Assembly (NCBI GenBank): GCA_965153455.1
Contig: OZ234494.1
Location: 4,650,001 to 4,714,000 of the forward strand
Direction: 5' to 3'
Origin: Sphagnum compactum
Lineage: Eukaryota
DNA: 64,000 nucleotides
Of the stretch, positions 54,001-64,000 are shown in pieces (within the stretch, counting starts at the first letter, position 1; every line of letters begins with the position of its first letter). Position numbers and translations under genes: made by a program. A model generated the notes under the pieces. The model was not told the DNA's origin, did not search any database, and saw only the letters and a list, made by a program, of their open reading frames with translations.

Positions 54001-57000
54001 TAATCCTCTCAAAATCCTTCTGGTGCATAACAGTAGAGGTACAATTTGATGGTCTGATCAATTGGTCTCTTCTCTCTTTTTTTATATGGCAGGCACTGAG
54101 ACATCTGCGGCAGCTATCACAAGAAGCTAGTGGGGATAGTGCCCCACGAAATGGCCAAAAACCTGCTGCTCTTCGTGCTCTTAGCCAGCGGCTTGCTAGG
54201 TATGTAATTGGGAGACCCAAGGAGTTGAAAAGACATGAATTTTTGAACCAAGCTAGTGTGTCTGATGGGAAGGAATAAAGCAACGGAAAGGAGATGTGAA
54301 ACAGCGAGAGAAATATATACATGCACTATTTTACATCTGTGTGCCATTGTCACTATAGGTTATCAGCAGACATACTATATGGGCCATTGTGACCGTGGGC
54401 TATCACACAGCTTTAACATAGCTGTGGGCCATTGTGACTGGGCTATCAGGGGATTCAACCAAGCAGTAAATGGATTTGTGGAGGATGGCTGGGCTGCCAC
54501 AGTGAGTGATGGCATGGACGATGTCAGTGTGATGATCAATGAGTCTCCCACCACTAAGTCCAGCCAGATAGCTTCAGAAAGGTTCCTCTGCACTCTTGGT
54601 GGTGGGATCTTGTGTGCCAAAGCATCAATGCTCCTGCAGGTTTGACATGTTCTCTGAAGATTTTTGCAGTTTCACTTTTCAATGTTTCTGGGTGCTTTCA
54701 ATTTTATCTATCATGCTAAACTTTTCCATTTACTTACATTTGGATGAAATTGGAATCCAGAATGTGCCTGCGGCCCTTTTGATACGGTTTTTGCGGGAGC
54801 ATCGCTCAGAGTGGGCTGACTGTGACATTGATGCTAGTGCTGCTGCTGCTTTCCGCAGTACCACCCGTAATGGAACTGCTGGTCACTCTCAATTGTCCCT
54901 GCCTTTGGTCAACTCCAGTGAGCAAGAAGAGGTCTTGCCTCCTGTGCACTGCACTGCACTGCACTGGGTTCACATTTCCTGATATAGAATGCTCCTTCCC
55001 TGTCTGTCTTGAAATTGCTATATCTCATTGGACATGAAAAGACTGTGACTCAAGTAAAACAAAAGGGCAAAATGATTTGGGTGTGTAGCTTCTGGAGGTG
55101 GTGAAACTGGAACGACATACAGGTGCTCCAGATGGTATCCATATGCGAGACGATTTTTTACTCCAGGTATGATCTGTCCTTACTGAAATTTGGCAAAATC
55201 CTTGGCATTGACTTTGTTGCTGTGTGCATGATAAGATGTATTGCTCTAATCTGCTTCCATGCCAACCAGAACATACTTATGCTACTCTTTCTGATTTCCT
55301 TGGTATGTTTCTGAAAAATTGTGTTTGTTGGGAACAGCTTTGCAGTGGAATCGATGAAAATGCAGTTGGGGTGTGTTCCCAGCTTGTATTTGCACCAGTT
55401 GACATTACATTGTCAGATGATGTTCCTCTTTTGCCATCTGGCTTCCGTGTCATCCCCCTTGACTGTCATCTTATTGTAAGCACCTTATTGAATGAGGCTC
55501 ATTTCTTCTTATTAGCTTCCACTCAATGTTCATAACCCAAGTTACTGTGGGAGATTAAAAAAACATTTTGGTTAGCAATATCAGTGAATGAGTGCTTCAA
55601 TCTCATCAGGAACATTAAAGGCTTTGTATGTTGTATGTGTTGCAGGGTGGCTCTGGGTTTTCACGCACCCGTGATCTGGCTTCAGCACTTGAAGGAGGAC
55701 CAGAGGTTACTGGGCTTAGAACTGAAACTGGAACAGGCTCTTCCAACCACTTGCGGTCAGTGCTAACCATAGCGTTTCAGTTTGCTTATGAGGCACACAC
55801 CCGAGAAAACTGTGCAGCTGTGGCCAGGCAGTATGTGCGCTCTGTGGTGGCCTCAGTGCAGGTACTCTTATACCAATCAAGAGAACCCTTCTTCTCACTC
55901 TTACTACCAGGCGTAGCACCTGTGTGCCCATAATAGGCTGATAAACCAGGGCCACTAATTTTTACTAATGTGAAAAGTAATGAGATTATGAAGCAAGGCC
56001 ATAGCAGAGTAGTTCACTCCAGGGTGTTGGAACATTGTGCAATCTAAGCCTCCCACTTTCTTTATGTTGCAGCGTGTTGCAATAGCATTGGCACCTTCAC
56101 ATTCAACCCCCCAACAGAGTCCTGGCTCTGCCAATGCTGCTGTTCTTGCCCGGCACATCCTTCAAAGCTACAGGTATAATTTATGACTTCAGATAACTGA
56201 CCTCCAAAGAATCCAATTTCTAGTTTTTCTTGGTCTTGTGAGCACAGAATAGCATGCTTCTAAATTGAGACTTGCCACCATGTAACAGAGTATTTTGGAA
56301 TGGTTTTGAGACCCTTTTGCAAAAGGACAGTTGTTGTAGGTCGGGCACATCTACCAATCTAATCTTCAAGATGCATCACTAGATCACAGACACATTGGGC
56401 ACCCAATTTTTGTAGCTGGCAATGATTTTATCATCTTGGACACAAATATCTTGGGTTCTGAAAGGATGTGAGACCATTGAACCTGGGAGCAATTGCTATG
56501 GTAGACCATAAGATCTGTGTGCTGATACTGTGTTTGATTTTACAGACTCAACTTGGGCATGGACCTAGCAAGAATAGATGCCACAGATGACAATTCCCTA
56601 TTCGAAGTATTTTGGCAACACACTGACGCCATTGTGTGTTGTGCCTGGAAGGTAGCCTTGAAATCCTTCTTTATTTGAGATGTCTTTTGCAAAATTTTGT
56701 GTATGAACCCTAAATTAGAAGCCCCACATCTCAAACAATGTCATTCACAGTATGTTGAATTGGAGAATTCATTCTTACATCTGTTTTAAGTTTGATTAAG
56801 CATCCCTAATTTTGTTCTAGTGACCATCTGGTGCATCAATGAAAAACACTATCTGGTATGAGTATTGTGAGGTCCAAGTACTTAGGGAGATGTAAAATAT
56901 GAGGAGGTTAATGGATGGTGTGTGGAGCACAGGGGTTACCAGAGTTCATGTTTGCAAATCGAGCAGGTCTGGATATGTTGGAAACAACATCTGGGGATTT

Positions 57001-57489
57001 ACAAAATTTGGTGTGGGAGAAGACCCTGGATGAAGAAGGTCAAAAGACTGCATACACTGACTTTACCCTGGTCTTACAACAGGTAGGTTTTGCAAACTCT
57101 TTTCATTTCATTGTGTTCTAGCAGTGTCCCTGAACTAAGTGGGTAATACCTATGACTGTAATGTACACCAACCGCATGACCTTAGGACACAGCAGTGTAC
57201 TGGAACCAGTGTTTTTCTATACAATCAACACTATGTAATATCTTACTCTCCTTCGTACCATGGCCACCAGCCAAAAGAGATAGCCAATATATCCAAATCA
57301 CTGTAATTTATGTGAGAAAGTGGTCTGCTATTTCTACAGGGCTACACATATCTCCCAGCTGGTGTCCGTATTTCAAGTATGGGGCGACTAGCAAAGTATG
57401 ATCGGGCACTTGCATGGAAAGTTATGGCCGAGGATGACAGCATCCAATGTATTGCATTTCTATTCATGAATTGGTCATTCTTGACATAA
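51028..57489 (+). CDS. C3HDZ: Class III homeodomain-leucine zipper transcription factor (REV/PHB/PHV/ATHB8/CNA family), 854 aa. Exons 51028-51266, 51370-51568, 51663-51766, 52208-52298, 52467-52562, 52721-52834, 53296-53379, 53522-53677, 53919-53993, 54093-54199, 54450-54639, 54761-54931, 55089-55166, 55338-55475, 55646-55861, 56073-56173, 56546-56651, 56933-57082, 57340-57489
   Basis: Homeodomain GKYVRYTNEQVEALER...IEPKQIKVWFQNRRCREKQRKE, zipper LTALNKLLMEENERL, START domain (KATGTAIDWIQLPGMKPGPD, MYAPTTLAPPRDF, LPSGYLIRPCEGGG, PWSVPEVLRPLYES), SAD (LCAKASMLLQNVP, FLREHRSEWAD, PLLPSGFRVIPLD) and MEKHLA end (FMFANRAGLDMLETT...AFLFMNWSFLT*). Exon lengths sum to 2565 nt, in frame with no internal stop. 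An in-frame TGA at 51019 precedes the ATG; alternative starts at 51073 and 51091. Confidence 0.95.
52287..52476 (+). promoter_or_regulatory. miR165/166 complementary site in the HD-ZIP III mRNA, split by intron 4 (52299-52466)
   Basis: The spliced sequence CCGGGTATGAAG|CCTGGTCCGG matches the miR166 complement GGGGAATGAAGCCTGGTCCGA and lies at the canonical PGMK|PGPD position. Confidence 0.9.
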
Positions 57490-60400
57490 ACTGACATGTT
57501 TCTTCAAGTCTGACAAGAGCAGATGCTGAATTTCATAGACAAGATCACCAGCAGGGAACTCATGATCAATGCAAGTGAACTGTTTCTTAGAGACCAAGCT
57601 TACTGATGCATCTTTCCACATGTCTAGACTGAAAGGTGACAAAAAGCTGGCATACCTCAGGGCTTCTTTTGCTTGAGCTTTTCACCACAAGTATTATTGC
57701 AGTTCAATTTTACAGTCTGTCTCATGCAGGCCTGTGGAACTTGCAGAACAGGTATGAAAGGCTTTGTAAAGAAGAATGCTACTGAAAAACATTTGTACAC
57801 CTATGACAAGAACAAGCTGCTCAATTTTTGTATCACCATAGTGGAAGCACTTGGCTTGGTTGGTTACAAATTTATTGTATGTCTCTCAACTGTTACTTTT
57901 GTATAGTATTCGGAGATAGCAGAGAGATTTTCTAACTTGGTAAAATAAGTGAATTGCAATACTTTTTTAAATAACTGAGTGCTGAGCTTGTTTCATGTAA
58001 AGGGTGGGTATTACTTGCATGTGGGCAGGCATAGATAGATCCATGAGGGACTCACTTTGAGTAAATTGCAACAGCTAAGTTTTGAACTCATCTTTGCATC
58101 AGGAATCTGCCAATTGAGTTTGAGGGGTGTGTGATTTTCTCCCCCTTCACTGCTACTTTTCTACAAAATGGAAAAGAAAACCTGTTGGGCGAGAGTTTCA
58201 CTCTTCAACTTTAGGTGAGGTGTTGTAGTTGGCATGTTCCATGATGCGGAATGCTTTGCTCATGTCAATGATGCTAATATTTATCTTGAAGTGGAACTTT
58301 TTGAAACAAGAATAAGCTCTCTTTGGATCTCATGTGACCCACCCATTGGAACACATGACTTGGTTTTGGGGTTACCAAGGTGGAACCTTGGTCGCCTATC
58401 GAGTAAACCCTTATGCTTCCACCTCACACTAACTAGGTAACTACCTATGTAAATGGGTAAGTATCAGATGCCAGTGGGCAGGGAATATGAGTGTTTATTT
58501 TGTAGGTTAGATCAGTTGCTTTTTTTACTACCTACCTAACTGCTACTGATGTTAGTAGGTATGTAGTAAAAGCTGTGGTAGTAAACCTGGTTTATAAACC
58601 ATCTACTAACCCAAGTAGTCAGCTATTTACATACATATAGGACCTACTTCTTACGTAATTGGCTACCAAGATGAAACTAGACATGCGCGTCCACAAGGGA
58701 GTCATAACCAGCATTCAGTGGACAGTGCACTAGTGGTTGCTGGTTCACTCTGGCCAGGATTAGGGTAGGGCTGGTTTGTTGGCTCTGCCTGCCAAGGGAG
58801 GGATATTGTGTTGAAAATCTTTGTCTAGTACAATAGCTTCCAGAGAATTTGGCTCCTAAAAAACAAGGCTGTCCTAATTATCATCTCACATTTTTCACTG
58901 TGCCAAGTAAAAGGTGAGATAGTTCATCCTAATTTAGTTCAAACTATGTCATTCATCTAGTAAGCATTTACATTCATTTCTTATGACTGATTCCAAGGTT
59001 TAGAGTTAGGGGCACTTCAAGCCTCCAACCATTCTTACTGATGGACAATACCTTATGCTAGTGCTCCACATACCTATACAACACTCGTTGCAGACACTTT
59101 CCGTATAGTAAAGTTATCCATAAAGTCATGCGGTTAGGGGCAAGAACGGCCAGTTTTGGCATAATAGCCAATCAAATGTGTGGGACTGGGACACAAACTA
59201 GTTTTTTCACCAATTTTTGGTGGTAAACTGAGTTTCATCCCTTCTTTCCTTTTTCCTGAGCGCCTCCACTGCTGCTACGTATGTTTTCACTCCTCCTACC
59301 TGCACAACTACTATAATTACTCTCAAACCTTGTGCATTTTCGTACTGAGATTTAATAAAATTTCCTTACTTTGCGAATACCACTGAAAGAGGGGATGGGG
59401 TGAAAGAGAGAGTGACTTTACAGATAACTTTAGTGGGTTTCGCTTGTCTTCTATTTATGTGTGTTGCAATGTTGATACGGTAAGGCGAATGTGACAATAC
59501 AAGAGGTGAAAGCAATTGTAAAATGGAGAATCATGAAGAAAGACTGCACAAGCTCGCAATTGAAAACAAAATCAATGACACCAAGGATCTGATGGAGTGC
59601 AATGCCAATGAAACTGACAAGAGGGTAAGTTGTTGAAGCCCCTATGTTTGCAAAACTTGGCATGTAAAGTGGAGAAGTATGTGCAACAAAAGCACGGCCA
59701 GAGTAAACCCTAAACCCCATGCACCATTCATTGGATGCCATTTATGACTCAGTTGTGGATGAACTTCAACTTAGCTAATATCTGATTTCACCTTGGTAAC
59801 CCATTCTGCAAAATTTGGGTCCTATATATAGGTAGAGAAGTAGGAAAATAGGTGACTACTACGGAAGTAGATGATCTATAGATACATTAGGGTTTTGCTT
59901 ACTACATACCGACTAACAACCACACCTACTAACAAACCACAATTGTACAAGTAGGTAGGTAGTGAAAAAAGCACCTGAGCTAACCACCATGAGTAGCTTG
60001 GGAACTAGAACCCAACAGAAAATTGTTTCCTCACCACTTACCATCCATACTTCATGGTGTGCGAGTGGTTGCTGGTTCATGCTTGCCACAAAACACTACT
60101 ACAGTTGTACTTAATGATTTTTGAATTTAAGCAATCCCACTGTTTTACTAAGTGAAGTGTTTTATACTAATCAATAGTGGAGGTCTACATTTCTAGTATG
60201 TGTGTCATCATTAGCTTGCATTTGTACAAGCTTCGTTTAGTGGTGTTTTTAGAGGTTGATGGAAAGGTTGATCTAGCAAGGTTCACACCTCAATGTGAGC
60301 AGAAATATAGTCATTTGGTGCAAGCAAATGGTTCCCCGCTTTTATTTTCTTTAGTTGTTCATGTATTTTCACCATTGTGTGTTTGCAACAAGTGTTCCCA

Positions 60401-61006
60401 TATATAACTCTTAAAGGTCAATCAAAAAGTGCTCTATTGTCTTTTGACAACACCAATAAAAAGTAATGACTCAACTTTTTAAAAATAGACATGTTTTTGG
60501 TTGGTGGTGCATTTACACTCACCATCGTGAAGTCATGGGGGGTAATTGCGACCAATGACTATCATCCATAATGAAGATGATGGTCTACTATTACAAGGTG
60601 CATTCACAACTTGTTTTGATAACACTCATTCTTGTTTGGTTTGGATTGAACTACCACATTATCATATCTTGGAAGGCTAATCGTGGAAATTTTTTCAATC
60701 TTACACATTGGTGGTGCATCTATCTTTTTGCTCATAAATCTTCAAGTGTTGTGGCTAATGACTTTGTTTTTTTATCCTGAAAATGGATCAATGTAGTTTG
60801 TTGTGTCAATAGTACACCCATCTACCTTTTTCCCAATCAACATCAGTTTCAATTGAAACAAAACCTTCGATAATATAAAGGTGTGTCTAATTTATACATC
60901 CAAGAGTATCCCAAGAACCTTGTATACTCTTGTTGTTTGTTGGTAAGGTTCATGTTGATTACATGGGATTTGTTGTGAAAAGGGGAAGTTTAAATGAGAA
61001 ACGTGA

Positions 61007-61908
61007 CTACCTTAGAAAGGTGGATTCCGTCCTAAGGTGGGCTCCCGTGCCTGCAAGGCACGACACGGCACTGGGAAAAAACTGGGAGTCCAAAGGAGAC
61101 CCGAAAGACCAGAACTCCTAATTGGACGGAATTACAAATACATGATATTTCATCCAAATAAATCACCATGCAAAACTTATCGTTAGATGGAACTTACGAA
61201 TACATAAATATTTCATCCACATAATCTATCCATCCAAAACTCTAAGTGGACAAAACTACAAAATCTTTAATATTTCATCCACAAATCATTCCTCCTAATT
61301 GGACGGAACTACAAATACATGATATCTCATCCTCAGAACCACCCATCCAGAACTCTGAGCTCATTGGACGGAACTAATTTCATCCACATAATCACAGAAC
61401 TGCCGGGTTTTCGTGCACAGAACTGCCGGGTTTCACGAAAACCCGGAAAAGAGGAGCCAGGCAGGTTTTTGGGTGGTTACATGATATCTCATCCTCATAA
61501 CCACCCATCCAGAACTCTGAGCTCATTGGACGGAATGTAAAACGTATAATATTTCATCCACATCATCAATCCATCCAGAACTCCTCAGTGGATAGAATTA
61601 TATAAATACATAATATTTCATCCACATCATCAATCCATCCAGAACTCCTAATTAGATAGAATTATACAAATACATAATACAAATACAGAACTGCCGGGTT
61701 TTCGTGCACAGAACTGCCGGGTTTCACGAAAACCCGGAAAAGAGGAGCCAGGCAGGTTTTTTGGATCTGGGTTTCAGGACCTCGACCAGGCGGACAGGCG
61801 GGTCCCGATCTGGGTTTTAGGACCTCGAGGGGCGGACAACACCTCCACTGTCAGGACCTCGACGCACGCACGCACGGACGGACGCAACAAGTGACTTTAT
61901 ATATAAGA
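61007..61908 (-). mobile_element. Non-autonomous Helitron-like element with internal tandem repeats
   Basis: The minus strand starts A|TCTTATATATAAAG followed by a CGTC/CGTG microsatellite. It ends with hairpins (CGTGCC-TTGCA-GGCACG; ACCTTAG..CTAAGGT) and GTAG|T, i.e. an A|T insertion without TSD. An exact 77-bp duplication lies at 61394-61470 / 61685-61761. Confidence 0.6.
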
Positions 61909-64000
61909 TTGTAGAAGTAATCTCAACAGTTTAACCCCAAGGTAAATAGGTAGTGTGTTCTTAGGAAGAGCTATTAGTCCAGGCCAAAAATAGTGGCAGC
62001 CAATTTTAGGAACAGAATTTCCATGCAACCAATGAGAAGTCATGGGGCAAGGGGTCTCCCTTTTCTGTTCACTTTCCATGCAAGCTTTTTTTTTCCCCGT
62101 TGGGGGGGGGGGAGGGAGGAGCAAAGAGTTCCCCAAGTTCCTGACATGTTCCCCAAAGAGTTCCCTGTAGCACCTCACTTTTATCCCATATGCTTTGGCA
62201 AATGTTGTCCTCCCTTCACCTTTATAGCTTTGGGCCAAAGGGGAGGAACTCTATACTTCAAAACCGTCTATTTGGGGGAGCCTCCCTGCTTTCATTTCTT
62301 TTGAGTGATGGGTCAATCAAAATTGGCTCATTGCTATAAAACAAGAATTGAACTTGAGAGGCACCTCATCTAATGAATAGGAGAGGTGAGTGTGTGAGGC
62401 AAATCTTGCTTGTGCAAGTCTGATGATTTTGGGGCTTTGTTATCATGCCCATTTCTGCATTGTAATGCCAAGTTAGATTTGTAAGTTCATTTGTAAGTGG
62501 AGCACAATCTTCAATGATAGTGTTTAGCAATAAATTAGGAAGAAATGATGCTGCAGATTCAACATTGTTCCTTCTTTCAACTTGTGTTCTTTCAACTCAG
62601 AAAAAATGTAATTTGAATGCAGTTTCTCAACAGTTTTTAATAAATGAACTGACATTTTCATCCTAAATGGCTTTCAAATCTATTGTTAAAAGCATATAAC
62701 AATGAAAAGAGACATTTAGTGGGTGGAAATTGAGTTCTATAAGCATGGCCTTCTAGATAGAACTCCATTATTGATTAAGAGGTGAGAAGTTAATATGTTG
62801 TGGTTGTTTCATAATTCAGAAAGTGTTAATACATTTTCAGAAGGTTTGTTTGATTTGGAACTATTGGTGGTAACAGATTGTGATTCTAAATATGACATTC
62901 CAAAATGATGTTTTTGAAATGTAAATTAATAAATTCACATATGTACATTGAATTTTCAAATGCACATATCGCTAACATTTCAAAAATATACATTCACATT
63001 TATTTGTGAAATTGAAGTTGTGGATCGTTTTTAACAATTTTGCTAAATGCCTTGTATAAGCTTACCTAAGGTTGTTGCTAATGGCTACATTCCCGACATT
63101 ACTTGTTTAACCTTTCAACATCAAGGAGGACCAATTTGGTCCAACCCCCTCCCAATACTCTTAGTTGAGAGCATTAGCTTCAAAATATGACACATGTGTT
63201 GGAGTTGCCATGTCATTGAGTGGGCCCATTCTTCTAATGAGAGTTTCTTGGCTTTGGTTGCTCATTATAAGAATTTTTGTGAGCTACCTAACATGATAGG
63301 ATGTTCTTGACAACCCTATGCAATATTGATGTGAAAGTTAACCAAAAGTTTTGTTGCCCAATGTTTTCAACATTTTAAAATATTGAATTAGATGTTGGAA
63401 TGCCATTCCTCATCTTAGTCCCAAACTTTCCAAGATTTTTGTTTACCTTCAAATGGATGAAAATCAATGTTTTTTAAAAAAACTTCTCTTGGATGGTCAA
63501 CTTTGACCATCCATTATTCATCCATTTCAACCTTTTTTTTAAATAGTTTTTTTTCACATGAATCATATGCATGCCTTCCATCCACCACCAATTATGTTAC
63601 AGCAAATGGAAGACAACATCTTGGTCCTAGTCTCCAAAAACTTGCAATTCAAAAAATTGCCTAAAATGGAAAGTATAAACTTTCAATAGTGGCAATTTTC
63701 CAATTCTCATCCAATTTTTATTTATTTTATTTTTTAAACATTCAACTTGAAATCCCCTACAACACCACGAATACATATTTTCAAAAATTATGATTTTTTG
63801 CATGACCTTTAAGCACATTTGTAAGGGTTGGTCCATTTTTTGGATTGGGATTGTTATAGTCAAATTTCAATTCAAGATTAAGGTATGCTCGTGCACCCAT
63901 GGAAAATAATATTTCAAATTTGGAAGCTTGTACAATGTACAAATTATCCTTTATGCATGGGCATGGGCATTTGAACTGTGCTAGAAAAAAATATTTGTCA

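Noticed and set aside
61120..61690. Repeat-spacer-like periodicity resembling a CRISPR array
   Set aside because: The context is eukaryotic, the units are degenerate with the 'spacers' themselves duplicated, and there are no cas genes.
61940..62400. Likely interspersed repeat / 103-113 aa ORFs
   Set aside because: There is no second copy or terminal structure in the window, and the ORFs look non-genic.
62760..63900. Possible decayed DNA-transposon ORF on the minus strand
   Set aside because: Too degenerate to assign without a search.

Overview
Intron-rich, AT-rich land-plant nuclear DNA, most likely a moss (Sphagnum-like). That assignment is an inference from the protein and repeat style and was not checked by search. 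Two host genes are supported, both on +. The first is the last three coding exons of a WASH complex subunit 4 (SWIP/KIAA1033) homologue (124-961). The second is a complete class III HD-Zip transcription factor (HD, leucine zipper, START, SAD, MEKHLA; 19 coding exons, 51028-57489, 854 aa by manual splicing) with an intron-split miR165/166 site and one GC-AG intron. The ~48 kb between them contains no intact gene I could find. It holds decayed Ty3/gypsy elements (one a chromovirus with a nested MITE), a solo LTR with TSD, a hAT transposase relic, Helitron-like elements, several MITE families and an orphan serine-carboxypeptidase exon. The most interesting signals lie around the HD-ZIP III gene: an HD-ZIP III-type site in its own putative promoter, a 70-bp-stem hairpin upstream with partial miR166 complementarity, a triplicated splice acceptor, an extra intron and many substitutions at normally conserved residues. 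I found no clear evidence of a wholly new multi-gene system.
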